Source: a virus
Taxonomy: Duplodnaviria; Caudoviricetes
DNA: 64,000 nucleotides
Direction: 5' to 3' (one strand)
IMG/VR virus record: IMGVR_UViG_2836862175_000007
Location: 1-64,000 of that record
This document shows positions 56,775-64,000 of this stretch, one piece after another. Positions within the stretch are counted from its first letter, which is position 1; every line of letters starts with the position of its first letter. A program made the position numbers and the translations under genes. Under the pieces are notes generated by a model, which saw nothing but the letters and a program-made list of their open reading frames with translations, did no database searches and was not told the DNA's origin.

Positions 56775-59351
56775 ATTCCGGACCGCCGCGTTGGCCCCGC
56801 TCAGCGCGGCGGCCGTTTGCTTCCCGACGGCCTTCGGATCCACGGCGTGCTTTTGCGACGCCTCAACCATCTCACTCAGCTTATCCGCGGCCTTACCCGT
56901 TTGCGCCACGTCGTCAAGTTGCTCTTGGGCCTTGTACCGCTTGAGATCGATCGCCGTGAGCCGCTGAGTCAGGTTGTCGCGCAGCGCCTGCACGGCTTCC
57001 GGCTTGCCTTCGCGTAAGGCCGCGTACTGGTCCTTGTTCAGAATCCGAAACGGGCCGAACTCCCGCGCCCGCTTCACCACGCTGTCGGACACGTTAATCA
57101 CCTGCGGCATCGCGCCGATGCGCAAGTATACCCCGTCTTCCGCTACACCGCCGTTGCCCGTTGCCGGCGTGTGGTACGCCACGACGTAGGCGACGACCGT
57201 GTTCTCGCCGTGCTGGGCCGAGTCCTTTAACTTGTTCTGCACCGCGTCCGGGAGTTGATCGTACGCCGCCCCGACGGCGACGCTGAACTTCCCGTCGAGC
57301 ACAACGCGACACGGCTTACCGTCGATCTCTAGACTACCGGTCACGTCGGCCGCAGCGTTCGACGACGTGCTGACCACCCACCCCGACCCCAGCACCCGGG
57401 CAATAACCTGCTCCCACCTCTTCTCAACCTTGTCCTCGTGCTTCCCGCCCTTCGGGATGCCGTTCGCGCGGATCTCGTTCAGCTCGTTCTCATCGGGCAC
57501 CAGCTTCTCATCCACCAACTGCTTCCCCACCGCCGCCGCGTCGAAACCGTCCTTCGCGCCGGCTTCCGGTTCCCCATCCGCAGCATCATCGCCAGAGCAT
57601 GCAACGCGCTCTCCATCCGAATAGCAAATCCGCCGACCGAGCGAGTCTTTTGTTTCCCCGTTCGCTGGCGCGTCTGTGCCGCCCGTGCTCTCCCGCGCGA
57701 GCCCGTGGCACGCGCACGGCTTGCGCCCCTCCCCCACCGGCGCGTTCGGGCTGCTCCCGTCCCCGCCGGCGCTGCCCGGCGGCGACGGGCTCGGGCCGCC
57801 GCCCGGCGTCCCCCCGGCGCCCCCGCCGCCGCCCGGCCCCGGGGGCTCGAACCGCGCCTTCCACGCCCGGATGTTCGCCGCCACCTGCTCCGGGTCCGCG
57901 CCCGTCGAGCGCACGAACTCCAGCGGGTCCGCGCAGTTCTGCTGGTACAAGGCCAGGAACGTCCGCGCCTTCTTCTCCTCGTCCGCGATCACTACCGGCC
58001 CGCACGTGCCCACCGCCCGCACCCACTTCGACACCCCACGCGGGAGCCGGCCCGAACGCTCACAGAACTCCACCACCCGCGACGCCACACGGCACGCGAA
58101 CGCCTTCACCCGCTCCTGGCGCGCCTGCGTCAGACGCACGAACGGCGACCCCGTCACCAGCACGCTTGCGAAGCTGGCGTCACCGTCGCCGCTGAAGTAG
58201 CTCGGGCACCCCCACCGGAACCCGACCCCGCGCAGCACCATCCGCTCCACCGCCTCGAACCCGGCCGTCCCGCTCGACACCGGCCCCGGCTTCACCTCCC
58301 GCCCGCCCTCCGTCCGCACCACCGTCCCGGCCTCGTACCCGGTCACCTCCGTGCCCGCCCCGGCCGAACCCGGAGCCCCCTTGGGCCGGTGGTAGTCCGC
58401 CCCCAGCCGCACCTGCGCCGCCACCTGCTCGGCCGTCGCCGCCGGGTACTGTTCCCACCACGCGATCGCCGCCTGGACGCGGGCCACGTGGGCCATGTTG
58501 TCCAGCAGCCCCAGCACCTTCCGCAACTGCTCGCCCACCGGCAGGAAGTCCGACAGGCCCCGCTTCACCGTGCGGTCCACGTTCCCTTTCACCCGCACGT
58601 ACTCGGACGCCGGCACCTCGCGCCCGCGCGACACGTCCGCCGGGTCGCACACCCACAGCCCCTCCTCGCGCTCGTCGTCCCCCTCGGCCGTCACCACGCC
58701 CCACCCGCACCGGTCCGCGGTGCTGCCCCCGGGCGGGGTGCGGATCAGTTCCGGCTCCACGTGGCGCGCGTACGGCAGCCCGTCCGACGCCTCGTCGCCC
58801 ACGAAGAACCGCAGGGTGGTTTCGCCCTCCACGATGAGCCGGCGCCGGCACTCCTCTTCGCGGTCCTCTTCACCCTGCCCCCACTCGGCGAACTCGCACC
58901 ACTCGGCCCACGCGCGGGTACACGCCGACACCAGCCCCGGGGCGGTGTCGCGTGCGGCGCCGCGGGCGCGGGGCACGAAGCTGATCTGAACGGGGCCGAT
59001 GAAGTTGGAGACGTGGTCGCGGAACCCGAGCGCCAGGTGGTTGCGGGTACACAGGTCGCGGGCCAGGGCGACGTGCTGGCGCCACTCCTCCTCGTTCAGG
59101 TACGAGAGGGGCGCGCGGGTGCGGTCCTGGGTCCGCTGGGCCGGGCGGTTCACCCGCCAGCAGCCGGGGCCGGGGAACCCGTCGCCGGCGTCCAGCCAGT
59201 CCTGCGGGGCCAGCAGGTTGTCGAGCGACAGGAGGGTTTCTTCGAGCCGCCGCACCTTGGCGGCCAGCTCGGTGCGGAGGTGCGCGTGCGCGTCCGGCTC
59301 GGGGAGCGGGGCGGGAACGTCGAGGGCCGTCAGGGTGATCGCCGGGTACAT
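56553..59351 (-). CDS. Portal protein with about 420-aa C-terminal extension
   Basis: RRLIVEGE, HVEPELI, KRGLSDF, FAS.LV..SPF portal-like features in the first about 500 aa; G/P linker; divergent C-terminus. Confidence 0.78.
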   Translation of the reverse strand: MYPAITLTALDVPAPLPEPDAHAHLRTELAAKVRRLEETLLSLDNLLAPQDWLDAGDGFPGPGCWRVNRPAQRTQDRTRAPLSYLNEEEWRQHVALARDLCTRNHLALGFRDHVSNFIGPVQISFVPRARGAARDTAPGLVSACTRAWAEWCEFAEWGQGEEDREEECRRRLIVEGETTLRFFVGDEASDGLPYARHVEPELIRTPPGGSTADRCGWGVVTAEGDDEREEGLWVCDPADVSRGREVPASEYVRVKGNVDRTVKRGLSDFLPVGEQLRKVLGLLDNMAHVARVQAAIAWWEQYPAATAEQVAAQVRLGADYHRPKGAPGSAGAGTEVTGYEAGTVVRTEGGREVKPGPVSSGTAGFEAVERMVLRGVGFRWGCPSYFSGDGDASFASVLVTGSPFVRLTQARQERVKAFACRVASRVVEFCERSGRLPRGVSKWVRAVGTCGPVVIADEEKKARTFLALYQQNCADPLEFVRSTGADPEQVAANIRAWKARFEPPGPGGGGGAGGTPGGGPSPSPPGSAGGDGSSPNAPVGEGRKPCACHGLARESTGGTDAPANGETKDSLGRRICYSDGERVACSGDDAADGEPEAGAKDGFDAAAVGKQLVDEKLVPDENELNEIRANGIPKGGKHEDKVEKRWEQVIARVLGSGWVVSTSSNAAADVTGSLEIDGKPCRVVLDGKFSVAVGAAYDQLPDAVQNKLKDSAQHGENTVVAYVVAYHTPATGNGGVAEDGVYLRIGAMPQVINVSDSVVKRAREFGPFRILNKDQYAALREGKPEAVQALRDNLTQRLTAIDLKRYKAQEQLDDVAQTGKAADKLSEMVEASQKHAVDPKAVGKQTAAALSGANAAVRNAHVAAVVAGAPAAEQAGAAAAVLSGLTDEGQKAAVLTGGLAGLNPGSLSAEQLAVLERLLAAARGTAPPNPPG

Positions 59352-59352
59352 G

Positions 59353-59366
59353 CCCGGCCGATGGCA
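59353..59366 (-). promoter_or_regulatory. Conserved motif TGCCATCGGCCGGG, copy 6
   Basis: 1 nt upstream of ATG at 59351. Confidence 0.75.
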
Positions 59367-59395
59367 CCGGCGCGGGGAGAGGCGGCGGGTGTTGT

Positions 59396-59528
59396 GAGTG
59401 TGGTCCGCTCACTCCGTGAGCGGTCGCCCGGGGCATCGGGTGGCGTGGAGCGCGGTAACGGGCCGGCACGCCCGCGGAGCCAGTCATATGCGCGGAGCGA
59501 CCGCTCACGGCGTGAGCGGACCACACTC
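59396..59528. repeat. REP-like inverted pair
   Basis: GTGGTCCGCTCACTCCGTGAGCGG ... CCGCTCACGGCGTGAGCGGACCAC. Confidence 0.85.
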
Positions 59529-59600
59529 CGAACCAGGACGCGCCGCATGAACTTGAAACTACTGAAACCCGGCCGCGGCATGCGGCATCACCGGCGCGCG

Positions 59601-59831
59601 TCAGTCGGCCTTGGTTTCAGCGGCCGGCGACCCGCCCTCGGTGGCGCGGGAGCGGGACGGCAGCACCACCCAGCGCGAGTCGCCCGGGCTCTCGGGCATG
59701 GCCCGGAGGGCCTCGTCGCGGGTGGGGAACCGGCCCTCGGACAGCCAGCTCTCGCCCGGGCGGCGGGACAGCAGTTCGTAGCTCAGGTCAACGGCCAGCA
59801 CCGCGTCGATGGCGGCTTGTGAAAGGAACAT
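59601..59831 (-). CDS. Small hypothetical protein
   Basis: GGAG upstream of ATG. Confidence 0.4.
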   Translation of the reverse strand: MFLSQAAIDAVLAVDLSYELLSRRPGESWLSEGRFPTRDEALRAMPESPGDSRWVVLPSRSRATEGGSPAAETKAD

Positions 59832-60128
59832 GGTTGGGCTCCGTCGGGGGCGTCTTGCGCTACCAGAAGTTATCGGTGAGCGCTAACGAATGTTGCCCGG
59901 AATTCTCCCGACACCGCCGCCGCGAACCGGTGCGCCGGCCGCACGCGGTGCGGAGGCGTCAGCCTAACGGAACCTCGAACGTGACACCGCCCCCGAACCG
60001 GCACGCCAGCAGGGCGTCCGCCCGGCGGCCGGCGCGGCGCAGACGAATTGCCCCCAGGCTGGGCGCACCCCTGATCGGCGGGTGCGCGTACCGCTGGGGG
60101 TTGGTAAGACTCGGTTAACCGGCGGGGC

Positions 60129-60377
60129 TCAGGTGTTGTCGTAGAACTGCTGGTCAGTAACTCCGTCTTCGGCGGTCAGCTTGAACTTTCGGCGAGCCGC
60201 CCGGGCGTAAGCGGTGGGAAGAGTGTCGTGGCTCGTCGGGACCGGGAAGCTCACCTTGTGACCATCGATGTACTTATAGAACATCGTATGAGAGCCCTTT
60301 CCCCGGCCGGTATCCTCAAACACCCCAAAAGCGAACAAGGCTCGTCTGAGTTGACGCAATGAGAGCGGACGGTCCAC
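60129..60377 (-). CDS. HicA-like toxin
   Basis: GRGKGSHTMF motif; 82 aa. Confidence 0.75.
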   Translation of the reverse strand: MDRPLSLRQLRRALFAFGVFEDTGRGKGSHTMFYKYIDGHKVSFPVPTSHDTLPTAYARAARRKFKLTAEDGVTDQQFYDNT

Positions 60378-60392
60378 GGGCGACTCCTCGCA

Positions 60393-60752
60393 TCAGGCCG
60401 TCGCGCACTCGGCGTCCTCGTCCTCGTACTCGCGGGCGCTCACGCCTTCGATCTTGTAGTCCGGCGCCTCGAATTCGATCGCCATTTCGCCGATCGCCAC
60501 GTCCTTGCCCTTCGCAAACATGACGTAGTATTCGCTCGGTGCGGGCGTGAAAAGGACGTTCGGCGATTGTTCCTTGACCGCGCTGCTGACCTGAAGTTCG
60601 ATCGCCTCGCACAACATGTTCATGGCTTCGTGCTTGGTGTCACCGAAGCCGAGCAGATCGAACTCCAGACAGTGGGCAACAACGACACTGCGGTCGGCCT
60701 TGTCACGGTAAAACACAATTCGGAGTGGTGTTCGGGCGGTAATCTGTTTCAT
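60393..60752 (-). CDS. HicB-like antitoxin
   Basis: VAHCLEFDLLGFGDTKHEAMNMLCEAI; GGAGG RBS. Confidence 0.75.
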   Translation of the reverse strand: MKQITARTPLRIVFYRDKADRSVVVAHCLEFDLLGFGDTKHEAMNMLCEAIELQVSSAVKEQSPNVLFTPAPSEYYVMFAKGKDVAIGEMAIEFEAPDYKIEGVSAREYEDEDAECATA

Positions 60753-60994
60753 CGGCCACCTCCGCCAGCCACGCGTTTCCTCCTGCCTCACGAATCGCGA
60801 GGCGCACCGGGCGTTGGGATAACCACGGTGCCGCGAAAATTGTAGCTGAAAGTCATTCGCACCGCAGTCTTCGCCGCAAAACATTTTTCCGGCGGTCTTC
60901 GCGAGCGCGGCATTCTGTTGCTACTACGCACGCATACGGTGCCCCGCGCCCGGCACACGCCGCCTCACACACGCACCCGGTAATACCGCCGCTT

Positions 60995-61065
60995 TCTTGA
61001 CGAGCCGCGACCGCCAGGGAGCGGGAGACGTGGCACCGCTCCCTGGCGGTCGCGGCTCGTCAAGA
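60995..61065. repeat. Palindromic REP/MITE-like repeat, family A
   Basis: Same as 19479 and 20118. Confidence 0.85.
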
Positions 61066-61103
61066 GAGCGACACCGCGGGTGGACTCATGTATCAGGGGC
61101 GTG

Positions 61104-61889
61104 TCAGTGCAACGGGACTTCGAAATCGACACCGTCTCCGAACCGGCACGCCAGCAGGACGCCCACATCCGGGTTGTATTCGGAGGCGCTCGGGTCCGGC
61201 TCGCCGGGCGGGGCGTGCGCCGCGCAGCCGGCCCGGTACTCGGCCCAGGTGATGCGCCGGGCGGCCGGGTCGCGGGCGAACGCGAAGTAGCCGTCGCGCC
61301 CGTGCGCCGGCGGCACCCAACCGACCTCCGGCACCGTCGTCAGCCGCACGGCGGTGACCGGGTGCCGGGCGCGGATCGCGTCCCCGTGGGCGATCCAGGT
61401 CGCGGCGTCGCAGGTGACCGCCGCGATCCAGCCGCCGCGGGAATCGAGCACACAGTTGTAGGGGTTGATGCCGAGCCCGCGGAGCCAGTCGAAGGTGGGC
61501 CAGATCTCGCGCGGGTAGACGGTCATGGTCAGTTGCCCCTCGCGCCGCCGGAGCGCCTCCAGCCGCTCGGCGTCCGCGGGGGTCGCGTCGCCGCGGCGGT
61601 GCCGGTCGTTCAGCGCCGCGAGTTCGCACTGCACGCGAATGAACTCGGCCCGGCCCGCGCGGCCGTCGGTGAGGCGGCCGGACCCGCCGCACCGGCGGCA
61701 GGTGTGCCACGCCCCGGCGGGCCGGAGCGACTGCACGTCGCGGCCGAACACGCGGCCGGCGTCGCACTCGCCGCAGGTGGCGTCGGCGGCCTGCTCCTGG
61801 AGCCAGTCGGCGTACACGAGGCGCGGGGTGTCGTCGGCGGGCGCGGCGATGATGGCGGCCAGCAGCGCGGCCTCGTCGGGGTCCGTCAT
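61104..61889 (-). CDS. TIGR02996-domain protein
   Basis: ALLAAIIAAPADDTPRLVYADWLQE...RAEFIRVQC. Confidence 0.9.
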   Translation of the reverse strand: MTDPDEAALLAAIIAAPADDTPRLVYADWLQEQAADATCGECDAGRVFGRDVQSLRPAGAWHTCRRCGGSGRLTDGRAGRAEFIRVQCELAALNDRHRRGDATPADAERLEALRRREGQLTMTVYPREIWPTFDWLRGLGINPYNCVLDSRGGWIAAVTCDAATWIAHGDAIRARHPVTAVRLTTVPEVGWVPPAHGRDGYFAFARDPAARRITWAEYRAGCAAHAPPGEPDPSASEYNPDVGVLLACRFGDGVDFEVPLH

Positions 61890-61893
61890 GGTG

Positions 61894-62601
61894 CTACTCG
61901 CCCGGGTGCGCTCGCAGGAACGCTTCCACCTCGGGCGTCGTCGGGATGATCCCGCACGCCTCCAGCATCACCACCTCCCCCGGCGCCTCACGGGAGAGGC
62001 GGCACGGCCCCGGCACCACCGCGAAGTCGAACAGCGTCAGACGACCGCCCTCCCACGAGTAGATCTGACGCGCCTTCCCCAGCACCACTTCCCGCCCGTG
62101 GTGACCCCGGTACTCACCGCACACGCAGCCCTGATCCCGCGAACGCACGATCACATACGTACCGGGTGAAGGCATGGGAAACTCCTCGTGTGTAATGTGG
62201 GGCTTGTTTGGGGTTCCGTAGCCGCCGTGGCCGTAGCCCCCGCCGTTCCCGTAGCCGCGGGCGTAACCGCCTTCCAAGCCGCTACCGGTGCCGGCGATGT
62301 CGCAGTAGCCGAAACCGCCGCGGCCTTCACCGCTGCCGGCGCCGTCGCCGGGGCCGTTGTTGAGGTCGCCGTGGCCGCGGTCATTGTCACCATCGCCGCC
62401 GCCGTCACCCGCACCAGCGCCTTCACCGTCACCGGCAAGGTCGGTCACCCACGGCGGGGCCGTGCCCTCGTCGCGCACCCAGGCGGCTTCGAGGCCGCGG
62501 CCGTGCTCGTCGAGCCAGTCCGCATACGCGAGCCGGGCCGTCACCTCGCCCGGGTAGGCGCCGATGGCGCGAAGCAGCGTGGCTTCGTCGGGGTCGGTCA
62601 T
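61894..62601 (-). CDS. TIGR02996 + Gly-rich + DUF6948-like fusion
   Basis: RLAYADWLDEHG; GDG/GYG low complexity; YVIVRSRDQG...ARQIYSWEG. Confidence 0.8.
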   Translation of the reverse strand: MTDPDEATLLRAIGAYPGEVTARLAYADWLDEHGRGLEAAWVRDEGTAPPWVTDLAGDGEGAGAGDGGGDGDNDRGHGDLNNGPGDGAGSGEGRGGFGYCDIAGTGSGLEGGYARGYGNGGGYGHGGYGTPNKPHITHEEFPMPSPGTYVIVRSRDQGCVCGEYRGHHGREVVLGKARQIYSWEGGRLTLFDFAVVPGPCRLSREAPGEVVMLEACGIIPTTPEVEAFLRAHPGE

Positions 62602-62606
62602 GGGTG

Positions 62607-63410
62607 TCACTCGCCCGGGTGCGCCCGCAGGAACGCCTCGACCTCGGGCGTGGTCGGGATGATCCCGCACGCCTCCAGCATCACCACCTCCCCGGGCGCC
62701 TCACGCGACAGCCGGCACGGACCCGGCACCACCGCGAAGTCGAACAGCGTCAGCCGACCGCCCTCCCACGAGTAGATCTGGCGCGCCTTCCCCAGCACCA
62801 CCTCACGGCCGTGGTGCCCCCGGTACTCACCGCACACGCAACCCTGATCCCGCGAACGCACGATCACGTACGCACCCGACTCCGGCATGTGAACCTCCTG
62901 GTGGGGGATCAGGTGTTGCAGATTGTGCGCGGCGATGGGGTTGTAGCCGTGGCCTTGACCGTTGCCGTCGCCGTCGCCGTCGCTGTCGCCGTAGCAGTAA
63001 CCGTAGCCGCGGCCGTAGCCGTGGTTGCCGCCGCGGATGCTGTAGTCGTGGATTTCGCTGCCCCCGCCGCCGGCGCCGTAGCCGCGGCCGTCACCGCGGC
63101 CGGCGCCGTCGCCGCAGTTCGTACCGTCGCCGTAGCCGTCGCCGTTGCTGTCACCGTAGCCGTCGCCGTCACCATCGCCGTTACCGCTGCCGTGGTCATC
63201 GCCGGTGCCGGTGCCGTCGGCGTCGCAGCCACCGTCACCATCGCCGCCGCCGAGTTCGGTCACCCACGGGGCCGTGCCCTCGTCGCGTACCCAGGCGGCT
63301 TCGATCCCGCGGCCGTGCTCGTCGAGCCAGTCCGCATACGCGAGCCGCGCGGTGACCTCGCCCGGGTGCGCGGCGATGGCGCGAAGCAGCGCGGCCTCGT
63401 CGGTGGTCAT
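62607..63410 (-). CDS. TIGR02996 + Gly-rich + DUF6948-like fusion (tandem paralogue)
   Basis: Same architecture; C-terminal about 85 aa identical to the neighbour. Confidence 0.8.
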   Translation of the reverse strand: MTTDEAALLRAIAAHPGEVTARLAYADWLDEHGRGIEAAWVRDEGTAPWVTELGGGDGDGGCDADGTGTGDDHGSGNGDGDGDGYGDSNGDGYGDGTNCGDGAGRGDGRGYGAGGGGSEIHDYSIRGGNHGYGRGYGYCYGDSDGDGDGNGQGHGYNPIAAHNLQHLIPHQEVHMPESGAYVIVRSRDQGCVCGEYRGHHGREVVLGKARQIYSWEGGRLTLFDFAVVPGPCRLSREAPGEVVMLEACGIIPTTPEVEAFLRAHPGE

Positions 63411-63583
63411 ACTCGCCCCGATGGTTCCAGGCGCCACGTGCCGGCGGCGCGCCGCTCGACGAGCCCGGGATCACGCGCGCGGGCGAGCACCGTCTCGTGT
63501 ACCAGCGTCGTACCCGTAAATGAGGAGCGATCCGGCAGCCCAAGACCCTACGATGTGTCCCACGGATCAGTGGTGCAGAGGTG

Positions 63584-64000
63584 CTACGCGCCGGCCGTGG
63601 CGCTCGGCCCCGCCGGCGGGCCGCCGGACCCGATGGCCCCGTGTGACGGCGCGCCCGGGTGGTACCGCAACAGGCCGTCGCCGAACAGCGCGTACAGCAC
63701 CCCGAGCGGGTTGTTGTACGCCCGGACCATGTGCTGCCGCGCGGCCAGCAGAGCCGCCCCCACCGGTTCCCCGCCCGCCCCCGGTGCGGCGGGGAGCACC
63801 TGCTTCCAGAACTCCTGGCCCAGTTCGAGCCCGAATGTGATGGGCGCCTCGTGGACGACCGCCACGCACCGCACCCGGTGCCCCCGGACCGGCCCATTGT
63901 TGGTGAACTGCCCGAAGACGGTCGTCGGTCCTAACCCGTCCAGCGGACCGGTCCCGCACCCGTTGAGGAACACCAGCACCGGCTTGCGCTGGTACTTCGG
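63584..64000 (-). CDS. C-terminal part of a CHAT-domain (caspase-like) protein, truncated by the window edge
   Basis: VLVFLNGC, VGAALLAAR, NPLGVLYALFG. Confidence 0.65.
   Translation of the reverse strand, partial: PKYQRKPVLVFLNGCGTGPLDGLGPTTVFGQFTNNGPVRGHRVRCVAVVHEAPITFGLELGQEFWKQVLPAAPGAGGEPVGAALLAARQHMVRAYNNPLGVLYALFGDGLLRYHPGAPSHGAIGSGGPPAGPSATAGA

Noticed and set aside
63411-63428. Seventh copy of the cluster motif (AACCATCGGGGCGAGT before ATG 63410)
   Set aside because: Only CCATCGG matches; too degenerate to count

Overview
High-GC bacterial DNA, most likely a planctomycete of the Gemmataceae (inferred from DUF1559 prepilin-type, TIGR02996-type and 'LEDRxVP' leader proteins). The window has two phage-related parts. 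(1) About 1-15.3 kb is an integrated satellite-like element: tyrosine integrase, a stack of broken replication-initiator/iteron modules, a sigma factor, HK97 prohead protease, excisionase-like HTH, HNH plus a cos-like site, an IS3 copy and a CI-like switch. It has no recognisable capsid, portal or terminase. (2) About 16-59.4 kb (minus strand) is a non-contractile-tailed particle gene set: portal with a long C-terminal extension, protease/scaffold, capsid, neck, tube, frameshifted tail chaperone, short tape measure, Cys/Thr-rich fibre, glycosyltransferase, RcGTA-like spike base plus SGNH head fibre, and a papain-like protease operon. This set is split into six units by unrelated cargo (bacteriophytochrome, acyltransferases, lipoproteins, toxin-like cassettes), yet each unit is preceded by the same 14-bp motif TG(C/A)CATCGGCCGGG. 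That pattern fits a domesticated, co-regulated GTA-like system. All family assignments come from motif recognition by eye; no database searches were run. No rRNA, tRNA or CRISPR array was recognised.
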